Assembly: GCA_002633005.1 (NCBI GenBank)
Contig: NMRA01001157.1
Span: 1 to 46,952, forward strand
Length of the DNA stretch: 46,952 bases
Source of the DNA: Phoronis australis
Taxonomy: Eukaryota; Animalia; Phoronida
Direction of reading: 5' to 3'
The notes under the pieces are model-generated. The model did not search any database and was not told where the DNA came from. It saw only the letters and a list, made by a program, of their open reading frames with translations. The position numbers and the translations under genes were made by a program. Numbering within the stretch: position 1 is the stretch's first letter; every line of letters starts with the position of its first letter. This document shows positions 35,380 through 46,952 of the stretch, piece by piece.

Positions 35380-36111
35380 CTTGAATACAATGCACAGTAA
35401 TTAAGATGTTCTTCAATATACGTACATTGGTATGAAGCTGCTCCTGGCCATGTTCATTTCGTTTCTAATAGCGTTGTTTTACTAGGGCGTTACAAACATT
35501 AAGAAAATAAAAGAAAGCAAATTTCGGCGTTAACAGAAATTTGACCCACTGAGACAAATCTTAAGCCAGCAAATAATTCAAGAGTTACCTAAGAGTGTCT
35601 TAGGACCGTAACCATAGACTGCATTCAGGTTTGTAACATTTTGGGGGTTGTTATGCGGTACATGTAGGTTCATTCTCTTTATCCTGAACCGTAATATTGC
35701 AAAATCTACCGTACAGGATTTATGGTGCGTTTTTGTAAATTCATGGTAAACTTGTCGATTCTTCGCCAAGGATTCAAGCCAAAGTTATCTGAAACCGAGT
35801 TTGTGACGTTCGGTATGTCATGCTGACTCAAAGCGTACTTAATGACCAAGGCCCGAGGACTGTTTGCGTGAAAACCACATTGGAGGAGAAATCTCACTGC
35901 AGTAGGCGATTAGCAGAAATTGATCTATGGACTTCCGAGTTAACAATTTTGCGAAGATTGCTGGGATCGATAGCTTGTCGGCTTTCCACCACTATTGTTT
36001 TCACAGAAATAAAGGCGTGTCCACAATGGCGAAAACCCGGGCATCACAGGCCCACCTTAGCTTGTTCGTGTTCTAAATTGTAAAACCAGCATCGAAAATC
36101 CCAGATCTTAA

Positions 36112-36148
36112 CACNCACACACACACACACACACATATATAATATATA
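36112..36148. repeat. (CA)n(TA)n microsatellite
   Basis: Read directly from the sequence. Confidence 0.9.
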
Positions 36149-37411
36149 TTGTGTATGAACTCAAAAACTGCATGTCTGGCGAATGAATTAAATCAATACA
36201 CCAGATCATGCCATTTTTGGAAGGAGGGACCAAACGATGAATAAAGATGAGTTTTATCGTCATAAATTTCCCTGTTTCTGTATGCATCTTATAGAACACT
36301 GGTCTTTGTTTTTAATTAGACCTTCCTTGAATGGAGCACAAAACCACGACACTGCTCGAGTACAGTTTCCTACGTTGTCTCGGATGAAGCCGGAATTGAG
36401 ATCTCCGTAATGAGAGATAATTTCGGACTACTAATGCTTGTAAGCAGCTAAAAATTTAATTTAAAGATGCATGAAAGCGAGAAAGTTTGTTAAAATATTT
36501 CTTTAAATATTCCCTGGCGAAAGTACCATCTCTTACTTTCCTGACAGAAAATTTCCAGAAAAAAATCATAAAATTCACGACTTTTGAAATACGCGAGTAG
36601 AAAAATCTCTGTGGTTACCACGGAGTTTCTAATCTCCTTCTCACTTATCATAAATGGGCGCATGCGCTCACAATCAGTTGCTTGAAGTCGCTTGAGGACA
36701 AAGGTCACGTTTTCCATATAAGAGAAATGTGCTACGTCTGTGTTTAGACATACCAAATAAGGAGACGTGCCTTGCTTTGTGGGAGAAAAATCGACGAAGT
36801 GGTGAGCAGTTTACAGCTCGTTTTTTAAAATTTGAAAATAACAGAAAATGTTTTCGTAACAACAAAATTAATAATCTTTACAAACAAGCCCTAAAAATAC
36901 CTGGTGAGCAGGACGAATTCTGTTTCAGTGACACGAAACGTATTTCGTTATTGCGAATTAGTCTGTTTATCACGTTCTAGACCTCTTTAAAGCACACTGA
37001 AGTAGCACATGTACTTAACTCCCATACAATACATTGACAACTGTTTGTGGCCTTATTTGTGAGGGTTCAACAGCTCTTGAATTATCTCCAAAGCATAGCA
37101 ATGAGTGAGTTGCAAGGTGTCACGTTCGTGTAGAAAAATGATTATTAAAAATAAAAATTTGGGATTACTTGTGCTAAAATTAGGAGCAAGCTGTCACAGC
37201 TGTCGTAAAATTAGTTGAAGCCTTTTTTCAAGTTTTTGAAAGTTCAGGGGTGCGAATAATTGACGACGACTTTGTGCAAGTAAGTTTCAACAGGGGCAAG
37301 AAGCTAAGGATTCGCAGGTTTGTTGCACCGAAGGATCAGAAATATAATGTCGTTTCGTAGTCACGTAAATGTACCCGACATGGATCAGTCTCTTACATTT
37401 TGACCCTTTCA

Positions 37412-37457
37412 ACATTTTTCGTGAATTCGCAGCGTCTTGCGAATTCACGAAAAATGT
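37412..37457. repeat. Perfect 20-bp inverted repeat with 6-nt loop (intronic)
   Basis: ACATTTTTCGTGAATTCGCA gcgtct TGCGAATTCACGAAAAATGT. Confidence 0.92.
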
Positions 37458-37880
37458 CTAACCAATTCACAAATAATCTCCCCATTACATCGCCGCAGCT
37501 TTTTAGCAAAACATCTGTTTGATTATGCTGCTCTTACGTGTGAAACTCATACAGTATTCATTATGACATACAAACTTAATATCACAACGCTCTTAAGGTT
37601 TCAATGCGAGATTGAGACACATGCAATGACTAAATGCACAAGCCACAGCTTTGGTTGAATAGCTTCATGATTAAAAGTTGAAAGTCCTATTCTAAAAACG
37701 TTCTGTCAATTTTATAAATTTGCGTTCAAAGTACTAGTATGTGCATGTACATGTATGGGTGACGTTTATTTGCCCTTTATAGAAAATATAAAGTCCAGGA
37801 TTTTGCCAAGGCGCCCAGGTGCATTCCTTTGCCGTGGAATCCACGACTGCTCAACTTTTAAACGAATAACAACGACATAC

Positions 37881-37944
37881 CTTGAGCATAAGCGACCATC
37901 GCAAGAAGACTCACGATGAAGCACCAGTATGGAAGATTCTTCAT
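37881..37944 (-). CDS. Exon 1 of the TLDc gene: signal peptide MKNLPYWCFIVSLLAMVAYAQ
   Basis: Kozak-like ACCATCATGA, then 21 codons + 1 nt, followed by donor G|GTATGT. Phase 1 matches exon 2 and gives ..AYAQ-E-SIEC.. (202 aa total). The peptide has an n/h/c signal layout with an A-Y-A cleavage motif. Confidence 0.72.
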
Positions 37945-38049
37945 GATGGTGAACTCGTCAAGTGTTTTTCCAAAGTTACGGAGAATATGGTGGTTCCTTG
38001 CTACTGAATAGGAGAAAGCACATAATACGAGAACGATTTGGTGAACGTT

Positions 38050-38057
38050 TATTTATA
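38050..38057 (-). promoter_or_regulatory. TATA box of the TLDc gene
   Basis: TATAAATA on the minus strand, about 105 bp upstream of ATG 37944. Confidence 0.55.
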
Positions 38058-38644
38058 CAGGAGTGTTGGCAATTGATGGGTCAAGACCCTTCACTGTCAC
38101 AGAAGGGGCGGTATCTTTAAGATGGATACAGGGTACCGCGAATAGTAGTAATCTTCAATGTATCAAAGGTGTACAGTTGTATGTCAGAGAGAATTGATAG
38201 TGGGTACCAAATGGTTACACGATGTCAGAAGAGTATTTGCCTTCCAGACGAACTCGAGCAAAACGGCGAATATAGCGCGAAGTACCAGATGAGTATTCAA
38301 ACTATCAAATGTATAACGTAAAGCAGTACATGTAGTCAGATGGGTCCACGTAATCGCCAACTGGGCTATAACAATACTGAGACCACAGATTCCTAGTAGG
38401 CTGCGTGGGCACACCTGCTGGAGTGTGGTTACATTAATTTACTATGTCAGTTGTGGACAGGTTGGGTGAGGAGTGAATAATATTCCTACTCCATAATCTT
38501 TTTAAAATGCCAGTACAGTGTACATGTAGTACGTACTCATTTTTGGGTGTTCGTAAGATATGCGGGCAATGTCGCGAGGACATGAAATCCAAAGACAAAT
38601 TGCTTTAGTACCTGGGCGGCGTTGTTTTCGGTATAGGTGTACCG

Positions 38645-39400
38645 CGGTTAAATGATGCTATCTTGACATGGATTTGATGAATGTATCGTGGTTGATAATT
38701 TATCAATACATTCTTTTAAAAATGCAAGGACGAACTCATTTTTCGGTTTTGTAAGACACGCAGGCAATTTCCAACAAAGTGCTTGTATCCTGGAGTCGCT
38801 TTCGGTATAGGAACACCACTCAGTGCATCTAATAACCAAAGTAATTCATTTACGTCTGCATGTAAAAGTTTAAAATTACAGCTGTGTTCAAAATTTGATA
38901 TTTTTGGAGAATCAAAACTTCTTAGAAGTGAAACTTCAAAGTAGTGAACCTTCAAGGTAGTGAACCTTCGAAATAGTGGGCTGCTCCCACTTCCAACGAC
39001 ATAAGGAGCTTAAGTGACACGTAAAATATAACCAGATAAAAGATTCTCCGACTGAATTCCGCCCCAGTAAATGCATGTATGTAATGAGTTGTAACCACTA
39101 ATTTAAGCACGCCTGGTTTGAAAGTTTGGTAGGATGTAACGCGAGAACTTGAGTCCCGTTCTTTGCGAGCAACTGTCACGGCATCTTCATTTCTGATACC
39201 ACGAATTCCATCTCATCTCAGAAACATACACTGTACATGTATAATGTAGAACTAAAAGTCATCGTTCTGTACACAAGTTTCCCTTCCCCTAATTAAGCTG
39301 CGTTATCGGCCTTACCAAAAACTCTTCAGTGTCAACGTTTGCAAAGTCCGCCTTTCTGGAAAATCGAACCAACCCACACGCAATGCTGACCACGTGCCTG
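38645..39400 (-). repeat. Copy B of the duplicated segment (see 32500-33980)
   Basis: Same collinear blocks. Peptides LLMSLEVGAAHY and LVIRCTEWCSY match LLTSLEIGTAHY and LVIRCAEWCTY of copy A. Confidence 0.75.
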
Positions 39401-40118
39401 GTCAGCCGAGTCGAACCTACGGTCGGCAGTTGGGTCGACAAACTGGTCGCCTAACTTCACAACCGATTCGGATTATGCGTATCCTTTCCGTTGGCAATTA
39501 CCATTTTATGATTTAAAGGATAAAACTGGACAAAAATGGTATAAAATATTTGTTGTTCGTTCTTCCTTGACCACTTTTCTCTTAAACACGCAGTTTTTCA
39601 ACTTTCTCTCGACTATTTAAAAGGATAGCAAACCCGGGTTTGACCTATTAACAGATATTAAAAGCGATTTTCCTCTCCAGTTCTCTGCACAAAGTAATGC
39701 TCTGCAAACCTCGACAACCCTCAAACGTTTTGACATGCCCGATGAGCTTTCGTCTACCATGGGCGGAGGATTTCGTCAGAATTACACGGACTTCTTGGCA
39801 CATGCAGCTTTGGACCCTGTCATAGATATGTGTCAACTCAATGCCAGTGTCCCAGTCTATGGTGGGGTTACCACGCTTGATCTGAATAGCTTCACTGATT
39901 TTTGCGGGATTATCTGTATTGTCAGTATCAATAATATTCGCAATCTCGTAGTCAATCTCATGGAGTCGAAACTTCGAGCATGCTCTGCATTTGCCAACGG
40001 TAGAGAGCCAATGTTTTTCAGCTTTTTGTGTTCGCCGTGGGTATCCCGATTGAACCCTGCAACATCACTCGGCTTGTAAAATCCTGGGTCAGATTGAAAG
40101 TAGGGATAGCGTTTTGCC

Positions 40119-40560
40119 ATTGCGTTACATTACAGTCAGGGTGTTTCAGAGCATTTAGGCAGTATTTACAAGAAACACATTATCGTGAAAGCCTTTCTGG
40201 CGTATAACACTCTCCGCAGTCTGTTGGTCACACTCAAGGATAGGCCCTACTACACACCAAGAGTGTGAGTGGCGTAGTGTATCAGGTTGGTTGTGGTGCT
40301 CTGATGCATCCTACCTTGACGAGTCTGGACGACAACTGAGGACTCGCATCGACGAACACTAACAAGCTGTAAGAATTTCCTCTCCCCAGTATAACATTCT
40401 GGCATTCTCACAGTTTTGACCATAAGATTGAACGGTAGTCTGTGAATATTATTGACAGTAATCCCCCAAAAAACAGAGAAGCTGTCCCGATCAAGCGTGG
40501 TAACCCTAATATAAACAGGGATGTTAGCACTGAGTTGACATCTCTACGATCGGGGTGATG
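40119..40560 (+). mobile_element. Penelope-like element fragment (linker and GIY-YIG endonuclease), decayed
   Basis: IALHYSQGVSEHLGSIYKKH..NTLRSLLVTLKD, SGVVYQVGC, DASYLDESGRQLRTRIDEH and EAVPIKRGNPNINRD are typical PLE C-terminal motifs. Confidence 0.8.
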
Positions 40561-40865
40561 ACTGTCAAAGTTATGGACATGCATAAAACCCGTACGTTGC
40601 AGGTGACCTAAACTTGGCGGGAGCGTTTCGGCAAACCTTTTGAAGCTACAGGATAAAACACTTAACCCTGATAAAACACTGATCACTGATACATCATAGT
40701 GGCTACCAATTGTGTTTGTTGTGTACATTGTTTTTCTTCTTTTCACTTTTACAGCCAACGGTAGCTATAAAAACGATTGAAAATACAATTTTGTAAATAA
40801 TTGATTAAAATCTCGATTACTGGTTCAACACTTCATTTTAATTTTAGAAAAATGAGGGCAAAGAT

Positions 40866-41045
40866 TTCATTATGCGTATTTACTATGCCAGTCCAAAAGA
40901 CACTGAAGTTTTCTGCCTACGAACACTGGTGCTCTATGTTCCCCATGTCTCCGGTCCAACATCATTTGAAGATTTTTTTATTGCTACACAAATAAATACA
41001 GATATTTATCCCATCAAACGAGCCATTATACTCGGGCTCTTAACT
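40866..41045 (+). mobile_element. Helitron RepHel fragment
   Basis: IMRIYYASPKDTEVFCLRTLVLYVPHVSGPTSFEDF..AIILGLL resembles the Helitron IGR.Y.V.P...E.YYLRLLL..V.GPTSFEDL..A..GLL motif. Confidence 0.75.
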
Positions 41046-41413
41046 ATAAAACAAAATGAATGACAAAAGTAAAGAAAACAAATCATATCATAATAAAGGA
41101 TAACATATTTACAACAAAAAATATGCAAGAACATAAATAAAACAAAAACCTCAACGTTTATACTAATTCTAATGTTATGACATTTAAAAATAAAATCACA
41201 AAGACTTCTAATCAATAGAGCTTTACAGTCGTTATTTAAATTGCGACAACTATTTGAAGATAAGCGTACAGTACAGTGCTGATCGAAAAGTAGCTTCCTT
41301 TTGAACGCGCTTCAGCCTCAGTCAGGCCTCGTGTGATCATCAACCGGAGTGACGTCAGGCTTCGCCTGGGCGCGGTCCGAACTCGGTTGGGTTGAGGCTC
41401 AGCCAAAGAATCA

Positions 41414-41796
41414 AGGTACCTAAACTACACGGACTCATATACACGGTAACAGACGCATGAACACGACTCACGTGCCTGCAAACACCGTTCACTGACTCAC
41501 AGACACAGGAAGAACTCACAAAACACGATCCATTCACCCAAATACATGGGACATGGACTCACATTCACGAAGAAACACGGTTAACGGACCGCCAAACACG
41601 GGTCACGGACTCATGAGTCATCGGCTACCTGGGTCAGCTGACATCTACATTTTGTCCGTAAACCGTGTTTAGCGGTCCGTTAACCGTCTTTCTTCGTGGA
41701 TGTGAGTCCGTGTCCCGTGCATTTGGGTGAATGGATCGTGTTTTGTGAGTCCGTTCCCGTATTTGTGAATCAGTTAAGCGTGTAGTTTAGGTACAT
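41414..41796. mobile_element. Palindromic MITE with long TIRs
   Basis: Ends GTACCTAAACTACACG / CGTGTAGTTTAGGTAC. 41490-41600 is the near reverse complement of 41663-41775. Confidence 0.85.
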
Positions 41797-42173
41797 TGAG
41801 AATGGCCTAGGCTGGACCGCGGATGGACTGCGGTTATTAAGTCATTTAGTGTCCGGGGGGTTACTCCTGTATATGCTACCACTGACCGCTGAACCAGAAC
41901 TCATGGCTTGATTTCCTGGCAGGTTTTTGTCAAGGTTGTGCTTTTATGTCGAATATGTTATTTAATTACATTGAATGCAAGGATTTTAGGGGAAAAATTA
42001 AATAAGACGTGGTATTTGACGACAGGGAGGGTCGCAAAACTGATGGCGAAATGGTGAGGGACAGACTGCAAGTGGCATGAGTACCGAACCTTACTATTCG
42101 AATGGCAATGGGGGAGCAACAACTGCAATTGGTAGGAATCCGTGTAATGCTCTTCGGAGTCTGTGGTCACAAT

Positions 42174-42337
42174 TGACCAATCGCAAGCTCCGCCCCCTTG
42201 CGTAATGTCGACAAACAATTTACCCGGCAACGCGTGGTTTGTCTGGTAAAATGGCGGCTTGGAAATAAAGGTGTGTCAAGAATGCTGCGTTCTGATTGGT
42301 CAGTTAAGTTGTCACTCATAATCCTGGTGATAGGTCA
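42174..42337. mobile_element. 164-bp miniature ISL2EU-like element
   Basis: AT|TGACCAATCGCAAG...CTGGTGATAGGTCA|AT; both ends match those of the adjacent larger element. Confidence 0.7.
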
Positions 42338-42339
42338 AT

Positions 42340-43531
42340 TGACCTATCGCAAGCTCCGCCCCTATGCGAAAAGTCACGTGATACCCGACATTCGAACGAG
42401 AAGTTAGAGGCAAATACACTGTCGCTAAACGACGTTCCTGGTGGAATCGATGAGTGTTTTTGCACTATTTGAAAACGTGTCGACAGAGATAAGAGGCTAT
42501 GCTTTTCAACAGTGAATCGTACGTTCATGATATGGGAATTTGTAAAGGTGACGATGAAAAAATAAGTGCTCGAGGAGCCAGAGAAAATCCGAAGGACCCC
42601 TCGGTCTCGGGGCTACCTTCACCAGACAAATGACAAGGTCACTGATACGATATGTTCATGTAAAGCTGGGTATGTACCTTAAAGTCAAATTATCTGTACG
42701 ATTCCATGTATTTTATGATCTTTCGAATAATATCAGTGAAGATTAACCGATATTTTTATTCTGTCGTCTGCTAAATTTCGCCAAATGAAAAGTAGGTCAC
42801 AACTGGTGGGACTCCTGGAGTAAAGTAGGTCATAGATTACAGACAACACATGCACTATAGTCTCTGACTAGATCGACTCGATAGCTTTTCTAATCACGTC
42901 ACGAAATATTTTGATAAAAAAATTCAGGTTCATAGCTCAGGTACACACTTATCTCGTCCTGGGCAAACAGTTAGGTCCGGTAGCCTAGGTCTAGGGCTGA
43001 GGCTAAGTAAAATTAATGTCTGGAATTCAGTGGCGGATCTAGGATACAACAGGATACAACATATGTTGCCTCGTGGAATTGGGCAAAGTGCGATTGTATG
43101 TGCACAGGCGGCCCGAAAGTTGCAGGGGCCAGGGATGTAGACCGTTGGACCTTCTGTTCAGAAAATCTATCGGTGGACTAAAAAAAACAGGAACACGATT
43201 CCGCCGCGATCTANCTGCTCGTGTGGCCGTACAGTTTGATCCATAGTTTACGCTTCTCAACATCATTTTTTCGGCTTATTACATGCCAAAAAATGACGGG
43301 ATATTGTTCTGGAGCAGCATAACGGCTGTCGGGGCTACACACGTCATATCAACACCGTTTCCCCATTCTTAGCGGACAATTTCTTGAGCTACAGACTAAA
43401 GTAAGTTTTACTCAACTGCGTGTGGTTTGTCGGGTAAAATGGCGGTTTGGAAACGCAGAGGAAGGTGTGCCAAGAATTCTGTGTTCTGATTGGACAATTA
43501 AGCCGTCCGTCATAATCCTGGCGATAGGTCA
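42340..43531 (-). mobile_element. ISL2EU-like (PIF/Harbinger-related) non-autonomous element with THAP-like remnant
   Basis: AT|TGACCTATCGCAAG...CTGGCGATAGGTCA|AT. Minus-strand remnant from ATG 43366: MGKRC*YDVCSPDSRY..KNDVEKRKLWIKLYGH..EGPT. Confidence 0.68.
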
Positions 43532-46065
43532 ATTAGTGTGCACGTAGAATTGGTCAGGGAAAATGCAGTTTGAGAGTGACGTTCACGTGTGCGTGTCCGT
43601 GTTACATGTAAACAACAATTGCGCTCACAGTAACCAAAGTCAATATAAAGGGATTCAAAAGACGCTTAAACTTAACTAAAATTAACTTCCTTCATCTGCC
43701 ATTAGTAATTAAGCATTACGTAAATGTAATGGAAAAGTGTGTCCTAACATACATTTGTACACTGTACGAGTCTGGCCGAGCTGTGTAGGTAGTCGTTCAC
43801 ATTAGGACGAATAATACTGTACCACATTGTGTGCACTTACAGTAGTGCGTACGCTCAATTAACATCAGAGGCTGCTCTCGTTCATTTCCCAAAAGACATA
43901 AATTTGAAAAATGTGTCTTACCCAGCAGTGAACTACTAAATAATAATTTATGAACTTATTTGTTCATATTGTCTCTGTTACGAAAACTGCACTGCGGGTC
44001 TATGACCTTAAAGTTCAACAGACACATATTCAGACACAATAGACAGGGTGCAAATATATTATACGCACATGTATAGACTAACTTGCAAATTTTTTGGTAG
44101 GAATCCCAAAATTGAAACGTTTCGGCAACATGAATTATTTCACAAACTTGACTTCCTGTTCCTGTCAAATTCAAAAACCACAAATTCCTGATCACATATA
44201 ACCTTTAACGGATTTTTCTGAATGAAAGGTGACAGAATGCCCTAAAAAGACGAAATAATCAATAACCATTAAAATCGGTGAGGCGTTTTATTGGAAACTC
44301 AACTAAAGTTTGGAAACTGGGAGTCCCGAAACATATCCTGACGCCACCACGTTCGCACTTTGCTCTGATTTTCAAGAGAGTCAAGGCGGCCGAAAAAAAA
44401 ACAAAATGGGAACTGTAAATGAAAATTTCCGTCCCAAAATTCATGAAGAAGTCAACAGATGGCTGCTGAATGTTTGCTCCACTTTGATAGCTAACTTTAA
44501 GGTTACATCAAATCTTATTTAGTGGCTTCGATTCTAACTTGTAGATCAAAAAACTAAACTGTGTCATCTTGTAAAAGTATAACATTTTCTGACAGAAAAA
44601 ATCAGGAAATATAAAAATGTTTTGTATTCATGTGCCATTATTATTATTGCGTTAACAACTTTTAAGTCAAAGTTTAATTTTTAAGAAAGGTACGTTCATA
44701 GTAAAATAACCTCTTGGTCGTTTTCAATGAAACCTTTTTAAATGAAAACTTCACAAGTTACCTTAAAAAGGTCCACGGAATTTTCAATTAGTAATTTCGT
44801 TTGGTTTCTATGACAAATCAAATCGGAAAACGTTAGGAATTTTCGTAAAAAAGAAGTCGCATTCGCCTGTTACATTTCCACGAAATTAGGCCTTTGTATA
44901 GAAAATCTTAGGATTGTTTTTGAGACTGATGAATAAATAGTCAGCTTGAAAAGTCTTAGCGAATTCCAACGAGGCGGTTTCAAGAACTCGTGTTCCTAAA
45001 TTCAAATAAAATTGATTTGCTGAAGCCGAGAATAAGCCGTTTAAACTGGGACAAATTTCGGTGAATTATTCAGCGAATGCTTGTTTTCGGTAAATGTAAC
45101 CTATACATGCCTCAACCAGTATTTCAGCATTCACTCAACATTCGGTCCAATGCATCTAGCCGCACAACACCCTCAGGATCAAAACTACGTTTTGTCTGTT
45201 TTCCCCGGCACCGTTCTATCACAAGTTCACCTGGTAGAGTCTTTTTGTGGCGACTGGGTGAATGAAAGGACGAAGGGTACACACGAAGCTGCTCTGTACC
45301 TGGCGACAGATTCGATTTGAGTGATCTTCCTGTAACCTTTGACCTCGGATAGTAGTAAACAAATACCCACGCGATTGTGCAGTTAGAAGGTGGCTCTGCT
45401 AATTTTTTTTCTCGCCACATTGTATACATATACATGTATTGTATTTGAAGTTCCTCGAGAATGACGGTTCGAGATAGGCCAATCCTTAAAACTGAACATG
45501 TACACAGACATTCCTACGAGCATTGTTGTCACCTTTTCTTAGGCCACTAGACAATTAGTTTTGACAATGCCCAAATTTTTAATAGGTCATGGAAGGTTTT
45601 ATTCAGAGTTGTTTGTGGTACCTAGAACACACGGTGATGAGTCAATTCCAGCCCAACATACTGTAGTTCATTGCTTCCCTTTTCATCGGGATCGCTGGTT
45701 TGAACGCTTTCAACATCACCAGGAAGATGGTGTGTCCTGAAACTTGGCATTGTTTCAGGGGTGAAATTGTAAAGTTGCATGGAGACGGCCTCAGTGAATC
45801 ACAAATTCAAATCTTATCGACCAACCTATGTGTTTGCCAAATATCTATAAATTATAGAATTTAAGTCATCACGCACGTGGTCTCTTAGAGTAGAAGTGAA
45901 GTGTGCAGAATTCAGTTTTAGACTTCATACGAATCTACTATTTTAATAAAATGTAGTAAAAAGGAAAGATACATTCAGATCAAAATACTCGTATTAATAC
46001 AATGACTAAACTTTGGTTGAACTAAATAAACAAAACTGTTCTTGCATTTTTCTCGTATTGCTTAA

Positions 46066-46952
46066 GTACTAGTCCACGAGAGCACCAGCCATGAGCGGCA
46101 AGGTGGGGGTCAACCGATTTTCACCAAATTTGGCACATAGGTAGTCCTATGGGATCTATAAACAGCGGTGAAATATTTCTTGAAAATATTGCGTTTTTCT
46201 AAAGTTATAGGCTCAAACACATTTTACGGCTTCGCAGCCATGTTTTCACGGTATAAAAACTGTCCAGTTTTAACTGTTCAGATTTTTCCTTGATTGAAAG
46301 CTATTGATTTATTGTTCACTTGGCATTGTTTAGTGGTGCCTGTAGATTGTTACACAGATGTCTTGAAACAACGGCTTCGCAGCCATGTTTTCACGGTATA
46401 AAAACTGTCCAGTTTTAACTGTTCATATTTTTCCTTGAATGAAAGCTGTTGATTTATTATTCACTTGGCATTGTTTAGTGGTGCCTGTAGATTGTTACAC
46501 AGAAGTCTTGAAACACGATTCCGATTTACCACCCTCATTTAGTAGTTTTACTACACTGCCCCCCGTTATGCCATTTTGAGGTTGTGTTCAGTACACTGCT
46601 GTACCAAATCTGCCCCCACTGTTATGAGAATGAAACTTAGCCCAAATGTTGACAAAACATGTTACTTTCATTTCATAAAATAAAAACTTTGTCAGCCAGT
46701 TTATTAGTTATATATTTTGGCACCTCAAATGTACTAAAATGAGAAATTTTAATATATCTGAAATCGATGCGTGAGCACCGTAAAATCCGATTGTCCTTCA
46801 TGTTTTTCGATATTTTGCAGCAAGTTAGTTCCTCCTGAATGTTTTTAACGTTTTACTACTGATCACTTAGGGCTACAGTACCCCTAAATACCATACATGG
46901 CTCCATTTTGTAAAAAGCCGATTATGTCCTCCACAGTGAACAGGGTTAGACA
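46066..46952. mobile_element. Probable left arm of a DNA transposon extending beyond the window
   Basis: Begins after TTAA (46062-46065). Contains CCGATTTTCACCAAATTTGGCACA, similar to the subterminal sequences in the Sola3 arms (27026-27050, 29847-29860). The other end is not visible. Confidence 0.35.
46226..46515. repeat. 145-bp tandem duplication (2 copies)
   Basis: 46226-46370 and 46371-46515 are nearly identical. Confidence 0.95.

Noticed and set aside
35380-35416. TTG-started N-terminus MKNILITVHCIQ of the TLDc ORF
   Set aside because: Non-ATG start in a eukaryote; better explained as the 3' end of the intron.
36461-36989. Possible further TTAA-flanked MITE (TTAAAGA...TCTTTAA)
   Set aside because: Terminal match is only about 7 bp in AT-rich DNA, with no convincing longer TIR.
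41330-41405. GC-rich segment as a tRNA or SINE head
   Set aside because: No convincing A/B boxes or cloverleaf could be built by eye.

Overview
Repeat-dense eukaryotic genomic DNA, probably from a marine invertebrate (spliceosomal GT-AG intron, many TACATGTA runs, animal-type transposons; the taxon cannot be fixed from sequence alone). It has one N gap (954-1315). No prokaryotic operon, rRNA, tRNA or CRISPR array is supported. Most of the window is decayed mobile DNA. This includes three internally deleted Kolobok-type DNA transposons (TTAA target, THAP transposase start converging on a KolX/P2X7-ballast-like ORF start) and a degenerate Ty3/Gypsy-type LTR retrotransposon with very short LTRs. 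It also includes an internally deleted Sola3 element, two abutting ISL2EU-like elements sharing one AT target, Penelope and Helitron fragments, several MITEs and minisatellites. The one apparently intact host gene is a two-exon minus-strand gene (37944-37881 joined to 35379-34835). The ORF track misses its first exon. It would encode a 202-aa TLDc-only protein with a signal peptide, 6 Cys and 4 N-glycosylation sequons, i.e. a candidate secreted TLDc protein, which is the most unusual item here. A 2.5-kb disrupted reading frame made of acidic Gly/Asp/Asn/His 11-mer repeats (19666-22177, minus) and a diverged duplicated segment flanking the TLDc gene are also noteworthy. All alignments and translations were done by eye.
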